A model generated the notes under the pieces. It did no database searches and was not told the DNA's origin. It was given only the letters and a program-made list of their open reading frames with translations. Shown here one piece after another: positions 39,194 to 50,400 of a DNA stretch of 63,339 nucleotides (positions are counted from its first letter, which is position 1; every line of letters starts with the position of its first letter). The position numbers and the translations under genes were made by a program. The DNA is taken from NCBI GenBank assembly GCA_041595375.1, contig JBFHKL010000001.1, forward strand, positions 1 through 63,339. The letters run 5' to 3'. Source of the stretch: Saccharicrinis sp. (GTDB taxonomy: Bacteria > Bacteroidota > Bacteroidia > Bacteroidales > Marinilabiliaceae).

Positions 39194-41599
39194 ATGAAAA
39201 ATATATTAATCAGATTTATAAAACCTGTATATGCTTTACAATTCAGTATAGTTTGTATGCTTTTGGTAACAATCCAAGGGTACGCTCAAGTTCCAGACCC
39301 TAATCAAGGATTGCGGGCAGCTTGGATGCGAGGAGCATTGGGGATGCTATGGTTGCCCGAACGTACTTTTAACGGCAATATTGAAGGGATAAGGATAGAT
39401 GATTTTTTAACCCAAATTAAGGACATCAGAACCGTTGATTATGTCCAAATTCCGTTAACAAGTCCCAATATCTTTTCTCCTACGCATGTTGCACCACATG
39501 CAATTATTGAAAGTTTATGGCGTGGAGATACGGACTCAAATGGAAAACCAAGAAACTTGGTGGTGCCAAGAGCTTCCGTTGATGACCCTTTTTTAAGTTG
39601 GCTTAAAGCACTTAGAGCAGCGGGTTTAAAAACAGAGGTCTATGTGAATTCATATAATTTATTAGCACGTGTTGAAGGAACTAGTCAGCCAGATTTCCCA
39701 GATGTATCTACACGCTGGATGGAGTGGTGCGATACAAATGGTGAGGCTCAGGCCTTTATTAATAGTAAATCGTATCACAATGGTCCTGGGCGACGTAAAT
39801 ATATGTTCTGTTATGCAGAGTTTATTCTTAAAGAATATGCTGAACGTTATGGAGATTTAATTGATGCTTGGTGTTTTGATTCTGCGGATAATATCATGAA
39901 AAACGAATGTGGAGACAATCCCGCTTCAGAAAATCTAGAGCATCAAAGAATTTATCAGGCATTTGCAGATGCAGTACATACAGGGAATTCTAATGCAGCA
40001 GTAGCCTTTAATAATAGTGTTGGCGAAAGGCTAGGAAATCCATTTACTACTGCTACTTATTTTGATGATTATACCTTTGGACATCCTTTTGGAGGAGCAG
40101 GTAATATGGTAGAGAATGCTACTTTGTATAGTTATAATCATCATGTAGTGGAGTTTATGCAAACCAATAATGGCTACGCTTTTAGAGACGATACTAGAAA
40201 TTGGAATAACAATGTGGTCGCTCATTTCTTTCCGAAACAAAGCACAACATCATGGAATGCAGGCAATACTCCATGCTTAACTGATGAACAATTTGTAGAA
40301 TGGAATGCTACAGGGATTATCAACGGAGGAGCAATCACTTGGGGAACGCCTCTAGTTCGAACAAATTTGGAAAATTCTCCTGTTCTGACGCTACAGTCTT
40401 ATGCACTTACTCAGTTGAGCAAAACGGATACCTATTTTAAACAATATCAATCTCCAGGAGCACCTAATTGGTCTAGACAATATACTATTTTATCAGAAGC
40501 ACATGTTGGGAAATTGTATTCGTTTAATTTGATAGAAGGTACTGATATTTGGGATCCAGAAGGTGATGCGATAACTTCAATTGTAGCTCAAGGTAGTTTT
40601 CCGTCTTGGTTAACAATTACTAAAACATCGCCAGGTGTATGGACATTGAGTGGTACTCCAACAGAAACTGCGGATACCAATTATGAATTTAGTTTACAGG
40701 TAAGTGATTCTTCTGGTGGAAATAACAGAGCCGTAAAACTAAAAGTAATAAAAGATGTGGTGCCAGAACCAACTAAAATTGATGTCCAAATCAAAGCTGC
40801 TGCCAATACTAATTATGGCATAAATCAAATAGCGACCATGTATTCAGAAGTTCAAACAGCACCTGATGGAAAAGCAACTTATAGGTTAGCTATTGAAGTT
40901 ACTCCACCCTTAGGCAAAGCAGTAATTTCTGGAATTTCAGGTGGTCCTTCAACCGAGACTTCTTGGGGTTTGGGCGATGGCTTCAATAGCAATAACGATG
41001 ATATCTTTAACGGAAACGAGAATGAATGGGTACAAAGTATAAAAAACATCAAAATCATTGATTTTAATGCAAATGGAGGAACACTTACAGCAAATAATTT
41101 TAGTCCTTATTTTAAAGCAATAACTATTGAAAACGGACAATCAACTAATGATAATGTATCACTTTCAATAGGAACAACAACTGCTAATCCAGGTAAAATG
41201 GGAAGTCAAACTCAGGTTTTGGATTTGGTCTTAGTATTTGGTAGTCAGAATATTAAAGATTTTGCTATTGGTGTGGGAAATGCATTAGACACTAACAAAT
41301 GGTCGGTGCAAGGAATCACAGTAGAAGTGACTTATGATGGAAATATACTTGCTAATGCACAGTTTAATAAAAATGAAGTGCAAGGTTTACTATTGTTTCC
41401 AAATCCTACAGATGGTTTTATAACAATAAATAAGTTGATTCATGCAGTGCAAATTATAGATATGAGTGGTCAGGTAGTGAAAATGTATGCTACTGAAACG
41501 GTTACCTTAGATGTTTCGGATTTAAAAACAGGAATTTATCTTTTAAAAGGGATTAATAACGAAGAAAATATAGTTGTAAAAACATTTATCAAAAAATAA
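39194..41599 (+). CDS. GH107 endo-fucoidanase: GH107, cadherin/Ig-like, unknown domain, T9SS CTD
   Basis: LRAAWMRGALG, RYGDLIDAWCFD, AVAFNN, DDYTFGH, IWDPEGD, FPNPT...FIKK. Confidence 0.9.
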   Translation: MKNILIRFIKPVYALQFSIVCMLLVTIQGYAQVPDPNQGLRAAWMRGALGMLWLPERTFNGNIEGIRIDDFLTQIKDIRTVDYVQIPLTSPNIFSPTHVAPHAIIESLWRGDTDSNGKPRNLVVPRASVDDPFLSWLKALRAAGLKTEVYVNSYNLLARVEGTSQPDFPDVSTRWMEWCDTNGEAQAFINSKSYHNGPGRRKYMFCYAEFILKEYAERYGDLIDAWCFDSADNIMKNECGDNPASENLEHQRIYQAFADAVHTGNSNAAVAFNNSVGERLGNPFTTATYFDDYTFGHPFGGAGNMVENATLYSYNHHVVEFMQTNNGYAFRDDTRNWNNNVVAHFFPKQSTTSWNAGNTPCLTDEQFVEWNATGIINGGAITWGTPLVRTNLENSPVLTLQSYALTQLSKTDTYFKQYQSPGAPNWSRQYTILSEAHVGKLYSFNLIEGTDIWDPEGDAITSIVAQGSFPSWLTITKTSPGVWTLSGTPTETADTNYEFSLQVSDSSGGNNRAVKLKVIKDVVPEPTKIDVQIKAAANTNYGINQIATMYSEVQTAPDGKATYRLAIEVTPPLGKAVISGISGGPSTETSWGLGDGFNSNNDDIFNGNENEWVQSIKNIKIIDFNANGGTLTANNFSPYFKAITIENGQSTNDNVSLSIGTTTANPGKMGSQTQVLDLVLVFGSQNIKDFAIGVGNALDTNKWSVQGITVEVTYDGNILANAQFNKNEVQGLLLFPNPTDGFITINKLIHAVQIIDMSGQVVKMYATETVTLDVSDLKTGIYLLKGINNEENIVVKTFIKK

Positions 41600-41797
41600 T
41601 GGATAGGGGTATTTTATACATAGTGAGTTTAAGTGATAAGTAAACCAGCTATCAAAAGTCTTTTCAATCACTGTAAATTGCTATAGCACTATGTGGTAAA
41701 AACCTTTTTTACTTAACAGTTAGTTTTATTGTTTTTTGAGTTTTCTTTAAAGGAATATAAGATTTTGCCTTTATTACGTGCTGAATATGTAGTGATT

Positions 41798-41928
41798 GAT
41801 TATAGTAAACATGGCTTGTTACCCCTTGTAAATAAAGAAATATTTTTACTCAAATCAATCTGATTGAATTCAGCAATAAAAAAGAACGTTAGGAGTAAGT
41901 CTGTTTAGGTGTTCTGGTTGCATATTTG
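41798..41928 (+). promoter_or_regulatory. Putative HTCS operator/promoter (copy 4)
   Basis: GATTATAGTA 41798, inverted TACTCAAATC 41847, GAATTCAGCA 41866, GTTAGGAGTA 41888, CATATTTG 41921. Confidence 0.7.
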
Positions 41929-42046
41929 TGTAGTATCAAAAAATATTTTTTTTATTGGATTAGATAAGAGGGAGTGACAAATAATATACAGTAAGTCAAT
42001 ATAAATAGTTAATAAGTTTAAAACGGTTAATCAGGTAAATAATAAA

Positions 42047-43504
42047 ATGAAAAAATCAAATTTAGTTTTTGTTCTCATTGGTTTTATTTTTTTAATAGGA
42101 CAACAATCAAAGGCACAATCGAAAGATAAAAGGCCTAACATCATTTTTATTTTTGCTGATGATTGGAGCTATGCTGATTTAAGTGCTCATGGTAGTACTT
42201 GGATTAAAACACCACATATTGACCAAATGATAAAAGAGGGAATGGATTTCGCCGACTTTACAGTGGATAGCCCTGTGTGTTCTCCTAGTAGAGTTGCGGT
42301 GATGACAGGTCAATTTCCAGCGAGACAAAGCATTCACCAACATTTTCAAGGTTGGAAAGCTCACGAAAAAAGAGGGATGCCTGATTGGATGGATCCAAAA
42401 GGAATGTCGTTTCCAAGAGAGTTCCAAAAAGCGGGTTATGTGACCGCTCATTTTGGTAAATGGCATTTGGGTTCAGCTCCTGATATGCCAAATGAAAAAG
42501 CTTACGGATACGATGAGTATGCTACTTTTAATGGTTCCAAAAAAATTAATATCGCTAAAGCAGGTTCAGTAGGCGTTGATTATGCCGAGAATTTTATTAA
42601 AAAGAATAAAGACAAACCTTTCTTTATTAATTTATGGCTACATGAAGCGCATACTGCTCATTATCCTCTTAAGAAATTTATGGATGAGTTTAATAATTTG
42701 GATGAAAAACAACAGGTTTATGCATCGGTAATTGCTGAAGGAGATGAGGCTGTAGGAAGAATTATGAAATTATTAAAAGAGCTAAATCTTGATGAAAATA
42801 CCTTAGTAGTCTTCTCTACAGATAATGGTCCTGAATGGGCAGGTACAGAGAAAGATAAAATTCATAAACCAGAGAAAGGGGATGACGATGATGGCGACGA
42901 TAAAGGACCCGTTGGTCTTGGAAAATATTATTCTGTGGGAGAAACAGGAGGATTGAAAGGTCAAAAAAGATCTTTATTCGCAGGTGGTGTTCGTGTGCCT
43001 TTCGTAGCCAAATGGCCTGCTGTGATTCCAAAGGGTGTAGAGAACAAAACAGCATCGGTAACCGCTGTAGATTTATTGCCTACTTTTTTTGAAGCTGCCG
43101 GAATCAAAATGCCAAAGGATTTCAAACCAGATGGTGAAAGTATTATGGCTGCTTTGAAAGGAAAATCATTTGAAAGAACTAAACCTATTTTTTGGGAATG
43201 GAGAGGTGGGGACCATCAATTATACACTTGGCCTACTTTAGGTGTTAGAAACGGAGATTACAAATTGGTTGTTGATGTTACAGGAAAAAAGTATGAGTTA
43301 TACGATATCAAAAAAGATTGGAAAGAACAAAATAATCTTGCTGAAACCAACCCTAAAAAAGTAACTGAACTGTTGAACTTAGTGGGATACTGGAAAAAAA
43401 CACTTCCAGAAAAGCCAAATGAAGATTGCTTTACAGCGGCACGAAAAAAGGAAAGTACATCTCCAAAAAAAGATAAGGTTAAGAAAGTAAAAGATAAAGC
43501 TTAA
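42047..43504 (+). CDS. S1 sulfatase
   Basis: PNIIFIFADD, CSPSRVAVMTG, GKWHLG, STDNG. Confidence 0.95.
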   Translation: MKKSNLVFVLIGFIFLIGQQSKAQSKDKRPNIIFIFADDWSYADLSAHGSTWIKTPHIDQMIKEGMDFADFTVDSPVCSPSRVAVMTGQFPARQSIHQHFQGWKAHEKRGMPDWMDPKGMSFPREFQKAGYVTAHFGKWHLGSAPDMPNEKAYGYDEYATFNGSKKINIAKAGSVGVDYAENFIKKNKDKPFFINLWLHEAHTAHYPLKKFMDEFNNLDEKQQVYASVIAEGDEAVGRIMKLLKELNLDENTLVVFSTDNGPEWAGTEKDKIHKPEKGDDDDGDDKGPVGLGKYYSVGETGGLKGQKRSLFAGGVRVPFVAKWPAVIPKGVENKTASVTAVDLLPTFFEAAGIKMPKDFKPDGESIMAALKGKSFERTKPIFWEWRGGDHQLYTWPTLGVRNGDYKLVVDVTGKKYELYDIKKDWKEQNNLAETNPKKVTELLNLVGYWKKTLPEKPNEDCFTAARKKESTSPKKDKVKKVKDKA

Positions 43505-43596
43505 GATAGGCACACTAAGAGATATTATAAAAACGCTCTTTTTACCATAAAAAATATTTCACTCCAAAACAATTGAGGAAATCAAGAACATTTAAA

Positions 43597-45060
43597 ATGA
43601 AAAAAACAATCCAAATTTTGTTAGCAACACTACTAATTAGTTGTAACGCTAAGAAAGAGCTTTCGTATGAGCAAATGAATACTTCAAAAAAACAATCTAT
43701 GGAAGCATTTAACGATGCTAAATATGGGATGTTTATTCATTGGGGATTGTATGCTATACCAGGAGGTATTTGGAAAGGAAAAAAGATGGAGGAGCTAAAA
43801 GGACCTAAAGTAGCAGAGTGGATACAATTTGGAGCCGAAATCCCAAGAGCAGAGTATGCTCAATTAGCAACACAGTTCAACCCCACACAATTTGATGCCG
43901 AAGCCCTCGCTAAACTAGCTAAAGACGCAGGTATGAAATATTTGGTTGTTACGTCAAAACATCATGATGGCTTTGCTATGTATGACTCTAAGGTGAGCCA
44001 ATACGACATAGTAGATGCAAGTCCTTACAAAAAAGATGTGGTGAAACAATTATATGATGCTTGTAAAAAACAAGGAATTGATTTTGGTTTATACTATTCT
44101 CATAATATTGATTGGATGGATGGTAATGATTGTGGATATACTGAATTAGTGAAAACAGGGCTTGAAATGAATGAGAAAGCCAAGCGTAAAGCAGGTGCGA
44201 ATATGTGGGATCCAAGTCCCAATACGTTTACCGAATATTTGAATAACAAGGCCTATCCTCAAGTAAACGAAATCTTGACAAAATTCCCTGATTTGAAAAC
44301 CTTATGGTACGATATGGGCCATTTTGTGACTCCTGAACAAAGTTTGAAGTTTTATAAAATAGCCTATGACAAACAACCTAAAATGTTGGTCAACTCGAGA
44401 GTAGGAAACGGTTTAGGTGATTTTGATATTCCGGGAGATAATGTTATTCCTCAAAAACATTTGGAGATTACAAAACCTTGGCAAACGGTGGGAACTACGA
44501 ATAATTCTTGGGGATACAATTCGTATGACCACGACTGGAAATCCGTAAAAGAATTGTTGTTTTGGCTGACTGAAATAGTGAGCAAAGGTGGGAATTATAT
44601 GTTGAATATTGGTCCTGATGCTACTGGTAATGTGCCTGATGAATCCGTAAATAATTTATTAGAAGTGGGGAAATGGCTAAAACTAAATGGAGAAGCGATT
44701 TACAATACCCGAAAATGGAAACTAACACATGAAGGTCCTACGAATATAGAAATGAAAGGCACCCATGATAGAGCAAATAAAGGCGATTTTAAGTTTCAGT
44801 TTAGCCCTCAAGATTTTTGGTTTACACAAAAAGACAATCATTTATTTGTTATGGCTTTAGAATATGCAACTGCTCCTGTTGTCATTAAAAGTTTGACCAA
44901 AGAAAATACTGGTAAAATTAAAAATGTTAGTCAATTAGGAAGCCAATCACCAGTGCAATGGAAACAGACGACTAATGGACTGGAAGTGACATTGGATCAA
45001 AAAAATTACAATGTTAATGGCTATGCGCTTAAAATTGAATTTTCAGAAAAATTCAAATAG
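43597..45060 (+). CDS. GH29 alpha-L-fucosidase lipoprotein
   Basis: Lipobox [30 protein letters not shown]. Confidence 0.95.
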   Translation: MKKTIQILLATLLISCNAKKELSYEQMNTSKKQSMEAFNDAKYGMFIHWGLYAIPGGIWKGKKMEELKGPKVAEWIQFGAEIPRAEYAQLATQFNPTQFDAEALAKLAKDAGMKYLVVTSKHHDGFAMYDSKVSQYDIVDASPYKKDVVKQLYDACKKQGIDFGLYYSHNIDWMDGNDCGYTELVKTGLEMNEKAKRKAGANMWDPSPNTFTEYLNNKAYPQVNEILTKFPDLKTLWYDMGHFVTPEQSLKFYKIAYDKQPKMLVNSRVGNGLGDFDIPGDNVIPQKHLEITKPWQTVGTTNNSWGYNSYDHDWKSVKELLFWLTEIVSKGGNYMLNIGPDATGNVPDESVNNLLEVGKWLKLNGEAIYNTRKWKLTHEGPTNIEMKGTHDRANKGDFKFQFSPQDFWFTQKDNHLFVMALEYATAPVVIKSLTKENTGKIKNVSQLGSQSPVQWKQTTNGLEVTLDQKNYNVNGYALKIEFSEKFK

Positions 45061-45069
45061 TTATCGTTC

Positions 45070-45933
45070 ATGAAAAACGCAAACAGAAGAGATTTTATCA
45101 AAGCAATAAGTGCATTTGGTTTGGCTACTCTAGTGCCTCTAGATATACTAGGAGCAACAGGTCATGAAGGATGTAGTATTTGCAAAGAAGCTTGGAATCG
45201 TTTGAGTAAAATGAATGAAACGAGATACCAATTTAGATATATAGAGCCTAGTAGTTTACCCAATGTATTCCTTTATGGAGATTCCATTTCAATTGGATAT
45301 ACAGAGTATGTAAGAGCTGCTCTAGAAGGAAAGGCAAATGTGTATCGATTGCATGTAAATGGAGGTTCAAGTCACAACCTTATTCCGAAGATGGAAGCCT
45401 TTAGAAAAGCGTTGTTTCAACCTAGTTTACAAGGAGGATGGAATTTTGATTGGGATGTCATTCATTTCAATGTGGGATTACACGATTTGAAATATGTGGC
45501 AAATAAAGTAAATCTTGATAAAGTAAATGGAAAATTAGTATCTACACTTGAAGTGTATGAGAAAAAACTTCGTGAAAATATTAACTATCTAAAAACGACA
45601 TACCCAAAAGCCAAACTCATATTTGCTTTGACTACCGTTGTGCCTGAAGGAGAAGCAGGTAGATTTGAAGGAAGTGAATCTAATAATAACAAGGTAGCGC
45701 TGAAAGTATTGAAAGACTATCCAGAGATTACAATTAACAATTTGCATGAGGTTTCAATTCCAATAATAAAAGAATACCAAGATAAATCAGGGAGCGTTCA
45801 CTATCTACCGGAGGGTTATAGATTACTTGGGATTGCCGTGGCAAAACAAATAGCCAAGGTGTTAAAAGTGAAAGCAGGAGATTGTCCCTCAGCTATGATA
45901 ATTGAAGGAAAATTTAAAGAATACGAAAAATAA
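45070..45933 (+). CDS. SGNH/GDSL hydrolase with twin-arginine signal
   Basis: NRRDFIK Tat motif; LYGDSIS, HFNVGLHD, SVHY. Confidence 0.85.
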   Translation: MKNANRRDFIKAISAFGLATLVPLDILGATGHEGCSICKEAWNRLSKMNETRYQFRYIEPSSLPNVFLYGDSISIGYTEYVRAALEGKANVYRLHVNGGSSHNLIPKMEAFRKALFQPSLQGGWNFDWDVIHFNVGLHDLKYVANKVNLDKVNGKLVSTLEVYEKKLRENINYLKTTYPKAKLIFALTTVVPEGEAGRFEGSESNNNKVALKVLKDYPEITINNLHEVSIPIIKEYQDKSGSVHYLPEGYRLLGIAVAKQIAKVLKVKAGDCPSAMIIEGKFKEYEK

Positions 45934-45943
45934 AAATTAAAAC

Positions 45944-47446
45944 ATGATGTACAATAATAGAAAGATAATCTGTTTAGTCATAAGCATTTTTTCATTACTC
46001 ATTCATTCTTGTGAGGCACAAAAAAAGATAGAAAAGAAGCCTAATATCATTTTCTTTTTTACGGATGACCAAACCTATGATTCGATGAAACATTTTGGCA
46101 ATCCCGATACTAAAACACCCAATTTAGATCAATTGGCAGAAAGAGGAGTGTCTTTTTTTAGGCATTATAATACGACTGCTATTTGTATGGCTAGTAGAGC
46201 CCAAGTAATGACTGGTTTATATGAATATAAAACAGGATGTAATTTTGATCGAGGTCCTTTAGGAACCAAACAATGGTCTACGTCCTTTCCTATCTTACTT
46301 AAAAAAGCAGGATATAGAGTTGGTTTTGGGGGAAAATTCGGTTTTTCAATTGCTGACTCTGGTACTGAAGAAGGAAAAGAGGGTGAAGCGGCTAAAAAAG
46401 ATTTTGATTTCTGGGTAGGTAGTCCAGGTCAAACCTCTTATGTTACCAAAGAAAATAAATCTTTAGCTAAATATGCCGATAAATATCCGCATTCTACTAG
46501 AGCGTATGGAGCAGCAGCCAATGATTTTATTAATGAATCAGTAAGTAAAAAGCAACCATTTTGTATGAGTGTTTTCTTTAAAGCGCCTCATAAACCAGCG
46601 AACCCTGACCCAGTTTTTGACACGGTTTACAAAAATACAGTCTTTAGAAAGTTACCTAATTTTGGTAGAGAAGCGGGAAAACACCTTGCCCAACAATCTA
46701 GAATGGGCAGACAGTACGGTCGATTTACGGAATGGGGTTATGATAAAGAAGACACCTACCAAGAAGAATTACGTAAATACCACCAATTGATTTATGGAGT
46801 GGATTATTCGATAGGAATGATTTTAGCCGAATTAAAAAAATTAAAAATTGATGACAACACCATCATCGTTTTTGCATCTGACAATGGCTACTTTATTGGT
46901 TCTCACGGATTAGGTTCTAAAGAGTTGCCTTATGAAGAGAGTGCCCGTGCTCCTCTGATTATTGTTGATCCTCGTATGGATAAAAAATTTAGAGGTACTC
47001 AAACCAGTTCATTGTCTGCAAATGTGGATATACCAGCTACTATTCTGGATTTTGCAGGTGTGAAAACGCCTTCTGTTTATGATGGAAAGAGTTTAAGCCC
47101 CATATTGAGCAATACTAAATTTGAATCAAGGACATCACTTCCTATTGTTCAGGTATGGGGGCCAAAAGCCACTCATTGTTTAACCGTAATGCAAAAACAA
47201 TACAAGTATATTTATTGGAACTATAAAGACGAAGCAAAAGGGATTTATCCTACCGAAGAATTATTTGATATCATCAATGATCCTTATGAAATGACAAACT
47301 TGGCTAATCAACCTAAATATAAACCACAATTAAATGAAATGAGAAAGCTTTATGACAAACAATTGCAACATTGGAACGAACAAGGGGTCAAAAATCATGG
47401 ATATGATAAAGCGGCGGCTTCGTTAATCAGAACAGTGAATGATTAA
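45944..47446 (+). CDS. S1 sulfatase lipoprotein (CxAxR variant)
   Basis: Lipobox IHSC, PNIIFFFTDDQ, CMASRAQVMTG, ASDNG. Confidence 0.93.
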   Translation: MMYNNRKIICLVISIFSLLIHSCEAQKKIEKKPNIIFFFTDDQTYDSMKHFGNPDTKTPNLDQLAERGVSFFRHYNTTAICMASRAQVMTGLYEYKTGCNFDRGPLGTKQWSTSFPILLKKAGYRVGFGGKFGFSIADSGTEEGKEGEAAKKDFDFWVGSPGQTSYVTKENKSLAKYADKYPHSTRAYGAAANDFINESVSKKQPFCMSVFFKAPHKPANPDPVFDTVYKNTVFRKLPNFGREAGKHLAQQSRMGRQYGRFTEWGYDKEDTYQEELRKYHQLIYGVDYSIGMILAELKKLKIDDNTIIVFASDNGYFIGSHGLGSKELPYEESARAPLIIVDPRMDKKFRGTQTSSLSANVDIPATILDFAGVKTPSVYDGKSLSPILSNTKFESRTSLPIVQVWGPKATHCLTVMQKQYKYIYWNYKDEAKGIYPTEELFDIINDPYEMTNLANQPKYKPQLNEMRKLYDKQLQHWNEQGVKNHGYDKAAASLIRTVND

Positions 47447-47477
47447 AAAATTAAACTAAAAACCAACTAATATAAAT

Positions 47478-50400
47478 ATGAAAAAAATTATTACAGTTTT
47501 AATTATTATGATATCGGTTACAGCCTTTTCTCAGCAAATGACTGTAACGGGTAGAGTTAAGGATGATAAAGGAGAAGCACTCTTTGGTGCGACTTTGCAA
47601 ATCAAAAAGAAAGGTACAGGAACTATCACTGACATAGATGGACGTTTTTCCATCGCAGCAAGTACGGGTGATATTATTACGGTTTCTTATTTAGGAACGG
47701 AAACTAAAAACATTATTGTAGAGCAAGCAAACGTAATACACATAACACTTAAATCATTAGATCAAGAATTAGATGAGGTTGTTGTAGTAGGATATGGTAC
47801 AGTAAAGAAAAGTGATTTAACGAGCTCGGTTTCTACCATTAAGGCCGAAGATATTACTAAAACAGGAACAATATCGCTAGATCAAGCATTAGCAGGTAGA
47901 GCCGCTGGGGTTATTGTAACTACAAACTCAGGTGCTCCTGGAGCAGGAGCTTCTATTACAATTAGGGGTATGAGTACGATTACAAATAGTGAACCCTTGT
48001 ATGTTATTGATGGTATTCCAATGGAAAATAATAGCTTAGATGCATTGTCTGCAGATAGCAATGGAGGAAATAATTTGAGTCCTTTATCTTTAATTAGCCC
48101 AGAGGATATTGAATCCATTGAGATTTTGAAAGACGCTTCAGCAGCGGCTATTTATGGTTCTCGAGGTTCAAATGGAGTTGTGTTGGTAACCACTAAGACA
48201 GGAAAAGTGGGTAAAGGGGTAATTTCCGTATCTAGAGATTATTCATTAGGTTCCATTCCTCATGTGAGCCGTTTACTTGATGCTAATGAATTTGTCATTC
48301 TTAAAAATGAATTAAATTTGAATAGCAATAGCGGTTCAGTGGATCCTCAATTGTTAGCGGATGCACAAGCAGGAAGATTAACCACTACCGATTGGTTAAA
48401 AACGGTAACACACCCTTCAACTACTGCAAATACGAACATTAGTTTTAGTGGGGGGACAAAAGATTTACGTTATTTACTTTCAACAAATTTTTTGAATAGT
48501 GAGGGTATGATTCAATCTACTGATTTCTCACGTATTCAAACAAGATTAAATCTAGATGCTGATGTTAGCAAAGTTGTTAAAGTAGGTACTAGAATTACTT
48601 ATTCTTATGTTGATAGTGATTCACAGTCAACTAATGTAGGTCAAAATGCTGACGGTTTTGGGGTTGGAAATATTATTAGAAGGGTACAGGAAGCTGATCC
48701 TTCAAAAAATATTTATGAAGTAATTCCTGCAGATCCAAATGATCCAGATGATCCAGACGCGGTAGATCTTCAAATAAACCCATTAGACTATTTGAATAAC
48801 AATAAGTGGAATACTAAAGAGTATCAATTTTTAGGAAATATCTATCTTACTTTACAATTTAGTAAAGGATTTTACTTTAAAACTTCTTTTAATTATCAAA
48901 ATAGGTTTTCAAAACAACGTTTTTATCAAAATAGAGAGGTAAGACCAGGGGTACTTACAGCTTTCGGAGGTTGGGCTAAAACCGGCGATACGCAAAACGA
49001 GAGTATATCGAATACCAATGAGTTGCATTTTGATAAAAAATTTGGAAAACATGCCTTTAATACCGTTATTGGTCAATCTACAGAATATAGATCTACCGAA
49101 AGTGTAAGGACAGATAATAGAGGTTTTCCTAATGATTTACTTACAATATATGCGCCAAACACAGCTACAACCTATTTTGCGGATAATATAATTTTTGGAG
49201 AAAATAGTTTGCTTTCTTATTTCGGACGTATTAATTATACTTTGAATAATAAGTATTTATTCACAGTAACGGGGCGTTATGATGGGTCTTCTAAGTTTGC
49301 AGCAAATAATAAGTGGGCATTTTTTCCAGCTGGAGCTTTTGCTTATAAATTATCAGAAGAGAAATTCATAAAAAATATACGTGAAATTTCTCAAGCTAAA
49401 TTTCGTGTAAGTTATGGTAAAACAGGAAATCAAGCCATAACAGATTACCAATCTTTAAGTGTTTTAACTCCAGATCAATATGTGATTGGTGATGGAGTTG
49501 GAGGTGAAGGCATAACCACTGTTTATTATTCAGATCAAATTCCTAATCCTAATTTAAAATGGGAATCTACTTTACAATTTGATGCAGGTCTTGATTTGGG
49601 ATTCTTTAAAAATAGAGTCACCGTAACGACTGACTATTATGTTAAAAACACCACCGATCTTTTGTTTAAAACAAATAAAGTAGCTTCACAATCTGGGCAA
49701 TCTAATTTTGTTAGAAATTTAGGGTCTATTAAATCTACAGGTTTTGAATTAGCACTTGGATTAGACATTTTTAGAAAGAAAAATTTCTCATGGTTATTTA
49801 ATGGTAATTTCTCTGTTGGAAAAGCGGTTATTAATGATTTAGCTACTGATATTGCAGCAGGTCCCACTTTATCTGGGGTAGCAGGTACTGGTACACAAAT
49901 TTTGAAGAATGGTGAAAAAGTGGGGACATTTTATGGTTATAAAAGGGCAGGTATTGCTCAGTTTAGTGACTTTCAAGAGTTTCAAGGTTTGACAAGTCAA
50001 GAACAAATAGACCTATATAATTCTAATAGATCAGGTAGTTATACTTTTATTCCACGTGCTGATGGAGCATTGTTATATAATGAAGCAAATCCTTCTCCAG
50101 GCAAGCAATTGTTTTATGACCCAAATGGTGACGGAACTATTACGGATGCTGATAAACAAGTTATTGGTAACGCCCAAGCTGATGTCATGTTTGGTATCAA
50201 AAATGATTTTCGTATTGGTAATGTAGATTTAAGTTTCTTTTTTGATGCTCAATTGGGGCAGGAGATTGCTAATATCACAAATGTTAGATTGATGACATTT
50301 ACAGGTTCTCGTAATGCATTAGGTGTCGTTAAAGATTCTTGGAGTCCAGAAAACCAAAATACAGATTTTCCAAAATTAGGATCTGTTGTACGTCAATTTA

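Noticed and set aside
41612-41701. Long-range imperfect inverted repeat (ACATAGTG...CACTATGT)
   Set aside because: Short arms and a large loop; may be a REP-like or terminator relic but too weak to call
48731-48760. 9-bp tandem repeat GATCCAAAT/GATCCAGAT/GATCCAGAC in susC (DPNDPDDPD)
   Set aside because: Three imperfect in-frame units in a probable loop; no sign of a contingency locus
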